Shown: one piece after another, positions 27,942 to 35,940 of the stretch
Numbering within the stretch: position 1 is the stretch's first letter
Layout: each line of letters begins with the position of its first letter
Source of the DNA: Candidatus Peregrinibacteria bacterium
GTDB taxonomy: Bacteria > Patescibacteriota > Gracilibacteria > Peribacterales > Peribacteraceae
Assembly: GCA_043755535.1 (NCBI GenBank)
Contig: JAYUSS010000044.1
Location: forward strand, 1 to 57,874
DNA length: 57,874 bases
Direction of reading: 5' to 3'
The notes under the pieces: generated by a model
What the model saw: the letters and a program-made list of their open reading frames with translations, nothing else
Told to the model about the DNA's origin: nothing
Databases searched by the model: none
Translations under genes and position numbers: made by a program

Positions 27942-27995
27942 GGGATGAGGATATAGAGGGGATAGAAGAAATAGAAGAGATAGAGGAAATCTGTT
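27942..27995. repeat. one-armed word repeat (ATAGAGGGG ATAGAAGAA ATAGAAGAG ATAGAGGAA)
   Basis: Tandem 9-mers abutting the dinG start. On the gene strand this reads ...CTCTATATCCTCATCCC-ATG. Confidence 0.75.
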
Positions 27996-28034
27996 CCAAA
28001 CCAATCTCTATAGGCATGCCGAATTGGTGGAGCT

Positions 28035-28083
28035 GATACGGAGAAGTTGGAACCGGATTCTCGATACATTCGACAGCGGATGG
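28035..28083. repeat. direct repeat copy 1 flanking the yafQ-dinJ cassette
   Basis: TGGTGGAGCTGATACGGAGAAGTTGGAACCGGATTCTCGATACATTCGA. Confidence 0.85.
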
Positions 28084-28103
28084 TGCATCTGAGATCTCTC
28101 CGG

Positions 28104-28391
28104 TTATTCGATATCCAGTACATCGCGGTGTGTCCCCGTACGGATCAGGAGCAAAATCAGCGTTTCTTCCTGTTTTACATACTGCAAAAGCCAGTCTGGA
28201 CTGATGTGGCATGCACGCGTTCCTCGGGAAGCTCCATGAAGAATATGGTCTCGATACCGGTCGGGCAATGGCGTGCCTGCAGCCAGTGAATCGATGACAG
28301 TCTCCAGTTTCAAAACGTCATACCCCGACTTCTGCAGGCGTTTATAGTTTTTCCGGTACTGCTTCGTTGGTACGATCTTGAACTTACTCAT
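28104..28391 (-). CDS. yafQ: type II toxin, YafQ/RelE family mRNA interferase
   Basis: YKRLQKSGYDVLKLETVIDSLAAGTPLPDRYRDHILHG...CHISPDWLLQYVKQEETLILLLIRTGTHRD. Confidence 0.85.
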   Translation of the reverse strand: MSKFKIVPTKQYRKNYKRLQKSGYDVLKLETVIDSLAAGTPLPDRYRDHILHGASRGTRACHISPDWLLQYVKQEETLILLLIRTGTHRDVLDIE

Positions 28392-28663
28392 GATTCTTTC
28401 ATGATATCACCATGCATCTCTTTTGCAGATGCATATCGTTTTCCGTATTTCAGTGCCCAATCTATCTCTTTCAGCATCCGTGCTTCAAATGCAGGTGCCA
28501 TCCCGTTTTCCGTCAGAATCTGGAAAGGGATCCCCTGTGTATTGATGAGCTGTACAAGATACAGATTGATCGCCGTACTCATATCCAATCCCAGTTTTTC
28601 AAGAACTTTCTGAGCGGCCTTTTTTGTTTTTTCATTCGTGCGAATATGGATGCTTGTAGTCAT
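28388..28663 (-). CDS. dinJ: type II antitoxin, RelB/DinJ family
   Basis: IHIRTNEKTKKAAQKVLEKLGLDMSTAINLYLVQLINTQGIPF; 4-nt overlap with the toxin gene. Confidence 0.85.
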   Translation of the reverse strand: MTTSIHIRTNEKTKKAAQKVLEKLGLDMSTAINLYLVQLINTQGIPFQILTENGMAPAFEARMLKEIDWALKYGKRYASAKEMHGDIMKES

Positions 28664-28669
28664 GATCCC

Positions 28670-28698
28670 ATGATAGTTTAGTATGTACACATTGTCAA
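28670..28698 (-). promoter_or_regulatory. promoter TTGACA-N17-TATCAT, leaderless dinJ start
   Basis: The -10 ends 6 nt before ATG 28663; the spacer contains the palindrome TGTACA. Confidence 0.5.
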
Positions 28699-28711
28699 CA
28701 TAATGTGGAGA

Positions 28712-28770
28712 TGGTGGAGCTTATACGGAGAAGTTGGAACCGGATTTTGCAATACATCGAAATATCCAAA
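28712..28770. repeat. direct repeat copy 2 flanking the yafQ-dinJ cassette
   Basis: TGGTGGAGCTTATACGGAGAAGTTGGAACCGGATTTTGCAATACATCGA; roughly 88 percent identical to copy 1 by eye. Confidence 0.85.
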
Positions 28771-28862
28771 GATTGCTGGTATAGTCAGTAGTTTTAATAT
28801 TCTGTGCGGCCATCGACTCGTCCAACTTGACTCATAATTATTTCCATTCATAATACTTCCAT

Positions 28863-29333
28863 ATGAGAGGAAGAAGATCCACCGTTTTTTGGGCAGATCA
28901 CAACACGCAATATAGTGAAGACCTTGTGACATGCATGAAAGACAATGGCTGTGATGTCCAGGGTATACAAACATGTCGTGACCTCTTACGCATGACAAAA
29001 AGAATTTTTCAAAGCTCTCGAGAGTCTAGAGTGCTCATTGCAGAACTTTGTCTTCCATTAGGTGAACATGATGGTGTGGGCATTGATGTTCCTGTAGAAT
29101 TTCATAGCGCAGATCAGAATATTCAACGTGGATTATGGCTTTCACAGCATTTGCTTCAACAAAAAAAGAAATTCCATTCCACTGTTCCTATCATAATTCT
29201 GAGTGGTAATTTAGATTGTGATACCATAGCAATGTTGGAGACAATCGGCATCCCACAGAGTGATCGATGGAAAAAGCCTGCTGAATTTGATGCTTTTATG
29301 AAAACAATTCTCGGCCTTACAGCACAAAAATAA
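28863..29333 (+). CDS. receiver-like protein with Glu at the phospho-acceptor position (pseudo-receiver)
   Basis: Beta-strand pattern TVFWADHN / RVLIAELCLP / PIIILSGN / WKKP mirrors receiver beta1/3/4/5, but the DD pair reads DH and the acceptor Asp reads Glu. AT-rich. Confidence 0.5.
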   Translation: MRGRRSTVFWADHNTQYSEDLVTCMKDNGCDVQGIQTCRDLLRMTKRIFQSSRESRVLIAELCLPLGEHDGVGIDVPVEFHSADQNIQRGLWLSQHLLQQKKKFHSTVPIIILSGNLDCDTIAMLETIGIPQSDRWKKPAEFDAFMKTILGLTAQK

Positions 29334-29370
29334 TCACGGTTTGAATCTTATGGGATCAATTAGTGTTCTG

Positions 29371-29441
29371 TGGTGGAGCGTGGGGGAATCGAACCCCGAC
29401 TCATGCTTCTCAAAACATAAGTACTAACCTAGTCACGCCCC
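29371..29441 (-). ncRNA. tRNA-Ala/tmRNA-like minihelix RNA (non-canonical, 71 nt, CCA encoded)
   Basis: GGGGCGT-G-ACTA-GGT-TAGT-ACTTATG-TTTTGAGAAG-CATGAGT-CGGGG-TTCGATT-CCCCC-ACGCTCC-A-CCA. It has a 7-bp acceptor with G3:U70, a T-loop and A73-CCA, but no normal D or anticodon arm. Confidence 0.5.
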
Positions 29442-29510
29442 TCGCAATTCGGCTGTACGATCGTACACCCATTTTGTTGACAGAAACAAGACGAAAATGT
29501 AAGCTATAAG

Positions 29511-29584
29511 CAGCTTCTCAGAACATAAGACTAACCGGGTCATCGAATCACCCGCCTCTGCAAAGAGCGGGTGTTTTCGTTTTA
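29511..29584 (+). ncRNA. candidate small RNA complementary to the tRNA-like RNA
   Basis: TTGACA-N17-TAAGCT (29477-29505) upstream. The body contains GCTTCTCAGAACATAAGACTAACC (29513-29536). Terminator CACCCGCCTC-TGCAAA-GAGCGGGTG + TTTTCGTTTT (29549-29584). Confidence 0.3.
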
Positions 29585-29724
29585 CCGTCTTTTTTTTTCT
29601 TGTGAGATGCAAAGAATCCCATATAATCTCTCCCCTCCCGATTTTTCACATCTCTTGTGGGCTGCGGCTTGTGTCAGTTGTGACGTAAGCCGCTCCCCAT
29701 CCCCCTAACCCAATCGGAGGCCCC

Positions 29725-30006
29725 ATGATCTGTAACTTGACTGTCTTGGTACGCGCAAAAAACGATGATCAGTTTAATCAATTTGTCGCATGCGTAAGAG
29801 AATTATGCGACAGCAATGCGAACGTAGCAATTTCTGGCTGGAGGGAAGGACAGGTGCAAATGACCTACTTTCTGGGTATAGACGGCATTTCCCACATACA
29901 CAAAATCCAATCAGCAGCATTGGAAGTGTTGCGGCATGCAAAAGACAAGACTTATGTCAAAGATGTGGAACTTCGATTCAGCATCGTTGGCAGTATGAAT
30001 GTATAG
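29725..30006 (+). CDS. hypothetical protein (93 aa)
   Basis: GGAGG SD 5 nt upstream, TATAAT promoter about 100 nt upstream, terminator downstream. Confidence 0.55.
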   Translation: MICNLTVLVRAKNDDQFNQFVACVRELCDSNANVAISGWREGQVQMTYFLGIDGISHIHKIQSAALEVLRHAKDKTYVKDVELRFSIVGSMNV

Positions 30007-30023
30007 ATCTTCCGGGGAGCAAA

Positions 30024-30050
30024 GGGGCCGACTTGTTGTCGGCCTTTTCT
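30024..30050 (+). terminator. intrinsic terminator
   Basis: GGCCGAC-TTGTT-GTCGGCC followed by TTTTCTT. Confidence 0.75.
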
Positions 30051-30097
30051 TCGTGCCTGTCTTGCCACCCTTTACATAGTTAAGTAACTTACCTAAC

Positions 30098-30556
30098 ATG
30101 TTTGCCATGGTTCACAAAGATTCCAAACCATCGGCCGAAGAAGCACTGTTTCTGCTTGTCCATAAAACAGCTTCTAACCTGCAAAAAACAGGGGAGGAAG
30201 GGCTTCGTGCCGCAGGCCTGAGTGTGGCCGAATATTCAATGTTGCGTATCATTCAACACTTCCCCGGCATCACCGCGGGTGAAACAAAGTCTCATTTATA
30301 TTCCACTGCTCCTGCGGTCGCACAACTTGTTGCCAAGCTTGAAGGCCGCGGCATGCTCAAGCGTGGCAGTGATACGAGTGATGCACGGAAGCTCCCACTC
30401 TATGTAACTGCCAAAGGAACCAAACATGTTAAAAATGCTAAACACGCTATTTCGCAACTTGTAAGCGCGTTAAAACTGCCAAGCAGCTTGCTACACTCTC
30501 TTGCACACGACCTTTCCCTCTTCTCCACTTCCCTCTCTTCGTATGCCTCCCGCTAA
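30098..30556 (+). CDS. MarR-family transcriptional regulator
   Basis: LSVAEYSMLRIIQHFPGITAGETKSHLYSTAPAVAQLVAKLEGRGMLKRGSDTSDARKLPLYVTAKG winged helix. Confidence 0.85.
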   Translation: MFAMVHKDSKPSAEEALFLLVHKTASNLQKTGEEGLRAAGLSVAEYSMLRIIQHFPGITAGETKSHLYSTAPAVAQLVAKLEGRGMLKRGSDTSDARKLPLYVTAKGTKHVKNAKHAISQLVSALKLPSSLLHSLAHDLSLFSTSLSSYASR

Positions 30557-33227
30557 ACAACTGTGGACGGTCGACATGTATCGGCGACTCCATCGTGGCG
30601 CTTCGGCCCTTAACGGCTGCTTCTGGATTCTCGGTATCGGCTCCTTTCTTTCCATGATGAGCTACGGCGGGGTGTTTAGCTTCGTCCATTTAGTAGCAGC
30701 GATTATGGGCATTGTGGGGATGTCGTCTATCCGTAAGGTCTTTGCCGAACTGGTAGCCGCAGCCGACCCGGATGCGCCGCAACCTGCCAAGTCATTCATG
30801 CTGCAAAGCGCGCCTCAGTTGCAAGTAGTAAAGCGTGTCAGCGAAGAGTCTTCGAATGTCGAGATGTATCGCAATATGCAGGGGTCTACTGTCACTCAAA
30901 AGCCTGTGCGCCAAGATGTAAAAAAGGCGGAACCTGCAATCAAGATCGACTGGGAAGAGTGGGTGGGTCAAAAGCTCCTGCAGAAAGCAGGTGTGCTTAT
31001 AGTGCTTGTAGGTATGCTCGTGTTCCTCAAATATTCGTTTGATAACAAGTGGATTGATGAACTGGGTCGCGTCGTCCTCAGCGTGATCGGCGCAGGAGCG
31101 CTCTTTATTGCCGGTGAATTCTTCCATGCAAAATATGCGAAGTGGTCGCATGCGTTTACCGGAGGAGGTCTGGTATTGCTCTATCTGACGGTGTGGGTGG
31201 CACATGTGCTCTACGCGCAGGAACTTGCAACGAGTTACAGCATTGTTGTTCCGGCTGGCGTGGCATTCTTGCTCAACAGCTTTATAACGTTACTCGGTGC
31301 TGTTGCGGCAGTTCGGTACAAATCCGAGGTCATTGCATGGTTCACGGTGCTTGGCGGCTACCTGACCCCGATGTTAGTTGATAGCCCTACCCCCGATTTG
31401 ACCGCGCTCCTCCTCTACCTTGCGGTTCTTGCAGGCGGTCTCTTACTTCTTGCATGGCACAGTAAGTGGAAGCACATCAACGCTGCGGCCTTCTTCTTTA
31501 CGCAGTTCTACCTGTTCTCGGCCGTGTACACGGCTGTGCCTGAATTTGGTGATACCGAGCAGGTGGTGACGGCGTCCGCGTTCTTCCTCATCTTTAACAT
31601 TCTCCCGCTCCTCTATCAGTTCCGTTTACGAGAGAAGTCGGACCACGAAGGCATTATTCTGATCATCCTCAATGGTCTTGCGGTCTTCCTGCCGGTCGTC
31701 GATGCGCTTGGCGGATGGGAAAGTGGGTACGTCGGCATCGTCTGCTTCCTGCTCGCTGCGTTCTACTTGCTCTTCTCGGCGGCGGCACTCGGTAAGCGTG
31801 GTGAGGATGAAGCGCTTGTAAATACGTACCTCGTCGGTACGGTGATCCTGGTTGCTGGTGGACTCTTTGCAGAGCTTGAGCGCGAATGGGTTGCGGTCGG
31901 GTGGGCTCCGCTCTCGCTGCTACTTGCCTTCATCACGTCCCGCATGCCGCGTAAAGGTGCATGGGTATGTTCGCTGCTCCTGCTTGCAGGGTCACTCCTC
32001 TTCCTTGCACTGAATATCCCCACAAACGCCGGTCCCGAAGCGATCTGGCATCCGTTTATGTCCAACTGGGCGATTCAAAGTTACGTGGTCTTCGCGATGG
32101 TGATGGGTTGGATTGCACTCAGTACCAAAATCCCCGCATCGGTTCTTCCTGCAGAAACGTCTGTGTCGTTCAAGAACATGCTGCACACAGCACTCGCAGT
32201 CATTCTCTTTTTTGCGGTCACCTTCGAAGCGACCGGTCTCGACTTTCATGTCGACCTTATCTGGACGTTTGCCTACGTCGGGCTCGGCATCGCTGCGATC
32301 GTAGTTTTCTTTGTCACAGAATCGATTGTCTGGTTTGTCGCGGCCTTTGTTGCCCAAATCCTCGCACTACTCTTCATCTTCCGCTTTGCGGATGGCTCCG
32401 GCATGGCGGCATTTAGTGACCACACCGTCCGGCCGTTCATGCACCCGTGGGGCTACCTGTCCCTCGTCGCACTCTTGGCGTCGGTCGTTATGGCCTACGT
32501 CGCACGCCTTAAGCAGAACGTGTTTACCGCAGGGGTTAGGGCTGACCTGCTCCTTGTGATTGTTGCAGCCGCGCAAGTATGGACGCACGTTTCTGTCGAA
32601 ATCATGAACCTTCGCAGTGCCTACGACATTGCGTATCTCCCGGGTGATCGCATGCTCTCGACGTGGTGGATTGTGTTCGCGCTTGTGACGCTGGCGTATG
32701 CAGTCCTGCGCAAGTATCCAAAACTCGCATATCCGTCGCTCCTGCTCCTCGCGATTCCGTTCGTACATAATCACCTGTCTATCCTCGATGGTCAGGAACG
32801 AATGCTCGAAACAATTATCTGGACCGCGCTGTCACTCGGAGTCGCTATTACCGGTGCACGGACCAAGTGGCCGGTACTTCTTCGCGGAGGCATGTTGCTC
32901 CTACTACTCGCGATGGGCGCCGATATGGTGTCGCACTTGGGCGATAGCAGTACGGGGTTACTCCGTCCCGTATGGTGGGCGTTGGCCGGCCTCGTCACGA
33001 TGATTGCCGGCTTCATGGAACGCGAGAAGCAGCTACGCCAGGTGGCGATGGTGATCTTTGGGGCAACCGTCATTAAATTACTCCTCGTCGATTTCAGCGG
33101 CCTTGAAACGCCGGTGCGCATCGGTGCGTCGGTTGTAACAGGCTTACTCATGATCGGTGCGAGTTACCTGTACCAGCGGTTCGATACATCTGCAGCGCCC
33201 CCTGTTGCTTCCTCCCCTAAAAAATAA
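30543..33227 (+). CDS. large polytopic membrane protein, DUF2339-like
   Basis: WEEWVGQKLLQKAGVLIVLVGMLVFLKYSFDNKWI entry motif followed by more than 20 hydrophobic helices; overlaps marR by 14 nt. Confidence 0.75.
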   Translation: MPPAKQLWTVDMYRRLHRGASALNGCFWILGIGSFLSMMSYGGVFSFVHLVAAIMGIVGMSSIRKVFAELVAAADPDAPQPAKSFMLQSAPQLQVVKRVSEESSNVEMYRNMQGSTVTQKPVRQDVKKAEPAIKIDWEEWVGQKLLQKAGVLIVLVGMLVFLKYSFDNKWIDELGRVVLSVIGAGALFIAGEFFHAKYAKWSHAFTGGGLVLLYLTVWVAHVLYAQELATSYSIVVPAGVAFLLNSFITLLGAVAAVRYKSEVIAWFTVLGGYLTPMLVDSPTPDLTALLLYLAVLAGGLLLLAWHSKWKHINAAAFFFTQFYLFSAVYTAVPEFGDTEQVVTASAFFLIFNILPLLYQFRLREKSDHEGIILIILNGLAVFLPVVDALGGWESGYVGIVCFLLAAFYLLFSAAALGKRGEDEALVNTYLVGTVILVAGGLFAELEREWVAVGWAPLSLLLAFITSRMPRKGAWVCSLLLLAGSLLFLALNIPTNAGPEAIWHPFMSNWAIQSYVVFAMVMGWIALSTKIPASVLPAETSVSFKNMLHTALAVILFFAVTFEATGLDFHVDLIWTFAYVGLGIAAIVVFFVTESIVWFVAAFVAQILALLFIFRFADGSGMAAFSDHTVRPFMHPWGYLSLVALLASVVMAYVARLKQNVFTAGVRADLLLVIVAAAQVWTHVSVEIMNLRSAYDIAYLPGDRMLSTWWIVFALVTLAYAVLRKYPKLAYPSLLLLAIPFVHNHLSILDGQERMLETIIWTALSLGVAITGARTKWPVLLRGGMLLLLLAMGADMVSHLGDSSTGLLRPVWWALAGLVTMIAGFMEREKQLRQVAMVIFGATVIKLLLVDFSGLETPVRIGASVVTGLLMIGASYLYQRFDTSAAPPVASSPKK

Positions 33228-33244
33228 TTCTTTTCCCCTTTCTC

Positions 33245-34390
33245 ATGCGTCGTTTGTCACTCATCACCGCTGCACTCGTCTTGCTCCCGCTTGCGGCGCA
33301 GGCAGAAACATTCACCACTGTGCGCGATATCGTGCTGCCGATTTCTATCACTATACCCAAGAATGTCACGGCACGAATCGACACAGAGACGATGCAGGGT
33401 GTGCCGGGGTTCCGCGTCATCAACAGTTCAGCGATCGCTGTCCCCGCGTACATTGTGAATGATCAAGAAGATATCCTCCCCTCGGCACAGATGGTAAATG
33501 CGCCGAACGCAGCTGATACCGTCCCTGCTACAACAGTCGACATGCTGCGCGATAACGACTTGAACTCAGCCTTCCAGCCTTCGTCGGAGCGCACATTTAC
33601 CTTCTTACTTCGCTATAGCACCGACGTCGCTCCTAAGCGTTTGGAGTACACGATGCTCTCGGGCTCCGTTGATTCTGTGCGTGTACGTATCGGTTCATCA
33701 TCTTCCACACTGAAGAATGCCTTTGTAGGAACCCCCCGTGGTAACAGCATCGATCTTTCGGGTGAACGTGCCCGGGTGGTAGAGATCACCTTTACGATGC
33801 ACGAAGGAGTTACGCGTATTGCATCGCTACGCCTTATGCAGCCGCGGTCCTACTTGGTCATGCGTGCTTTGCCACGCGAGAGTTACCGCCTGCTGTATGG
33901 AGCGGGGCAAGAAGTCGTTAACCCGTATGATCGTGAGCTCAACGAGTATCAGGCGATCGAGGCGACGCTTGGAAAACCACGTGCAATCGGAGCCTTGGAT
34001 GGTAGTGATCACGACGGAGTAGACGCAGATAACTGCGACATGTTCTGGAACCCCGCGCAGGAAGATATGGATAAAGATGGCGTAGGTGATGCGTGTGATA
34101 ATTGCGGTGCGTATGCAAACCCTCTCCAGGAAGACAAAGACAATGATGGAGAAGGTGATACCTGTGAAGACAACGATAATGATGGAGCGGTCAATGCAGT
34201 CGACAACTGCCCCGAGCTCTCTAACCGATATCAGGAGGATGAAGATCGTGACGGACAAGGAAACGTCTGCGACAACGTCGATAACCGCTTTACCGCGGGC
34301 AAGCCGTGGCTGCTGTGGGGCGCTCTCGTTGTTATTATCTTGATGCTGGGTGGAGCGGGGGCGATGGTGCTACGACGGACGCGGGAGTAA
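33245..34390 (+). CDS. secreted protein with thrombospondin type-3-like Ca-binding repeats and C-terminal TM anchor
   Basis: Signal peptide LVLLPLAAQA; DxDxDGxxDxxD units (DMDKDGVGDACDNC, DKDNDGEGDTCED, DEDRDGQGNVCDN); C-terminal LLWGALVVIILMLGGAGAMVL. Confidence 0.8.
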   Translation: MRRLSLITAALVLLPLAAQAETFTTVRDIVLPISITIPKNVTARIDTETMQGVPGFRVINSSAIAVPAYIVNDQEDILPSAQMVNAPNAADTVPATTVDMLRDNDLNSAFQPSSERTFTFLLRYSTDVAPKRLEYTMLSGSVDSVRVRIGSSSSTLKNAFVGTPRGNSIDLSGERARVVEITFTMHEGVTRIASLRLMQPRSYLVMRALPRESYRLLYGAGQEVVNPYDRELNEYQAIEATLGKPRAIGALDGSDHDGVDADNCDMFWNPAQEDMDKDGVGDACDNCGAYANPLQEDKDNDGEGDTCEDNDNDGAVNAVDNCPELSNRYQEDEDRDGQGNVCDNVDNRFTAGKPWLLWGALVVIILMLGGAGAMVLRRTRE

Positions 34391-34464
34391 TAGAATAATA
34401 GGAATGAGAATAATAGGACGCGCACGAGACGGTCCTATTATTCTAATACTCTCATTCCTAATCC
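34389..34464. repeat. word-repeat hairpin (GGAATAATAG words) between convergent genes
   Basis: AATAGAATAATAGGAATGAGAATAATAGGA-loop-TCCTATTATTCTAATACTCTCATTCCTAATCC. Confidence 0.8.
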
Positions 34465-35775
34465 CTAGGCCGCAATCGCCCCCTCCCCCGCCAACGGCTG
34501 ACCTTCGTCGGGAGTAATACTGCCTTCGCCCTGTTCGGATGCCGGGGCAGCTTCCGTCTCCATCACCAGTGTCTGCTTTTCCTCCTCAGAGCGCTCGGCA
34601 ACGATTTCGGAGACGACTGCTGAGTCATCACCTGCCTCAGGATTTTCCTCGATGATCACCGCCTCGACTTCTTCGCCGCGCATCTGCGCAAGCTTGGCCT
34701 TAAGCGCCGGGAGCTCTTCGTAGTTATACATATCAAGCTCAAATCCTGTGAGGTCGGTTGCCAGGCGGATATTCTGGCCTTTCTTACCGATCGCCATCGG
34801 GCGTTGTGCTTCTTCTACAAAGACGGCTGCGCGCTTTTTGATGCGGTGACCGGCTTCGTCGAAGTGCTCGTCGTTGTTCAAAATAATGACGGCTGAGATT
34901 GATGCAGGCTGCAGTGCAGTTGAAATCAGTTTGATCGCATCATCGCTCCACTCAAGCATGTCGACGCGCTCGCCGTTGATCTCTTCCATCACGGCTTGGA
35001 TGCGTACGCCCTTCTGTCCCACACAAGCGCCGATCGGGTCGATGCGTGCGTCTTTGCTGCGAACTGCAACCTTGCTGCGAAATCCCGCATCGCGAGCGAT
35101 GGCGACTACTTCCACATCGCCGTTGCGTACTTCGGGGATTTCAAGTTCCAAGAGTTTACGGACGAGGTTCGGGTGGGTGCGGGAGATTTTGAGCTGAGGG
35201 CCCTTTCCTGTGAGTTCTACTTTTTCCAAGTACACACGAATGCGCTTACCGGTGTAGTAGTGTTCGCCGGGGATCTGTTCTCTCCACGGGAGTGACACGG
35301 TCATCCCTTCGACTTCGAGCGTCACCCAGTTCGGGTCGGTCTTGGTGACGGTTGCAGTAAGCAGCTCATTCTCGCGGTCTTTGAACTTCTCGTACAAGCT
35401 CTGGCGCTCGGCCTCCTGCAGCTTCTGCAGAATCACCTGCTTGGCAGCTTGCGCGGCAATGCGTCCGTATTCGTCCGGCGTCACATCGATCGTGATTTCA
35501 TCACCGACTTCGATATCGCGCTGGATGCGCTTAGCATCGTTCAAGCTGATTTCGAAGTTCTCATTTTCAATCTCCTCTACAACTTCTTTCACCAGCAAGA
35601 TTTTTGGCATATCCAACCCTTCTTCCAGCTCCACGCGGATATCCATTTCTTTGTTGCCGTAATCTTTGCGATACGCGGTGGCGATCGCCTGTTTGACGGC
35701 TTCGATGACCTGGTCCGGTGAAACGTTCTTCTCGGAACAAATCTGGTTAATGGCGGCTATGAACGATGCTTTCAT
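34465..35775 (-). CDS. nusA: transcription termination/antitermination factor NusA
   Basis: N-terminal domain, S1 (VTATVTKTDPNWVTLEVEG) and two KH domains (GACVGQKGVRIQAV, AIGKKGQNIRLA). Confidence 0.95.
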   Translation of the reverse strand: MKASFIAAINQICSEKNVSPDQVIEAVKQAIATAYRKDYGNKEMDIRVELEEGLDMPKILLVKEVVEEIENENFEISLNDAKRIQRDIEVGDEITIDVTPDEYGRIAAQAAKQVILQKLQEAERQSLYEKFKDRENELLTATVTKTDPNWVTLEVEGMTVSLPWREQIPGEHYYTGKRIRVYLEKVELTGKGPQLKISRTHPNLVRKLLELEIPEVRNGDVEVVAIARDAGFRSKVAVRSKDARIDPIGACVGQKGVRIQAVMEEINGERVDMLEWSDDAIKLISTALQPASISAVIILNNDEHFDEAGHRIKKRAAVFVEEAQRPMAIGKKGQNIRLATDLTGFELDMYNYEELPALKAKLAQMRGEEVEAVIIEENPEAGDDSAVVSEIVAERSEEEKQTLVMETEAAPASEQGEGSITPDEGQPLAGEGAIAA

Positions 35776-35907
35776 GATGATGGGTGGAAAATGCTATCAG
35801 AAGCACCTACTAGCCCTGAGCGTATCGAAGGGTTCGTGGGTGCAGGCGGCGAAATAACACCATTCCGTTTAATCGGAATAGTGCAGATATCACATAACGC
35901 TAAACGC

Positions 35908-35937
35908 ATTATAAGCCATGTATAGGTAACTGTGCAA
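35908..35937 (-). promoter_or_regulatory. promoter TTGCAC-N18-TATAAT for nusA
   Basis: Seen on the minus strand; implies a 5' UTR of about 125 nt containing a CCCTGAGC..TCGAAGGG hairpin. Confidence 0.45.
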
Positions 35938-35940
35938 GCG

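Noticed and set aside
28035-28083. The 50-nt repeats as genuine tRNA or tmRNA 3' halves.
   Set aside because: Apart from the terminal CAGCTCCACCA, they do not fold into a 5-bp/7-nt T-arm adjacent to the acceptor strand. I describe them only as acceptor-end-like repeats.
27733-28998. ORFs 27733-28212 and 28678-28998 (minus), which share the peptide NPVPTSPY(Q/K)LH.
   Set aside because: The shared peptide is only the translation of the 50-nt direct repeat. Both ORFs overlap better-supported genes or promoters.
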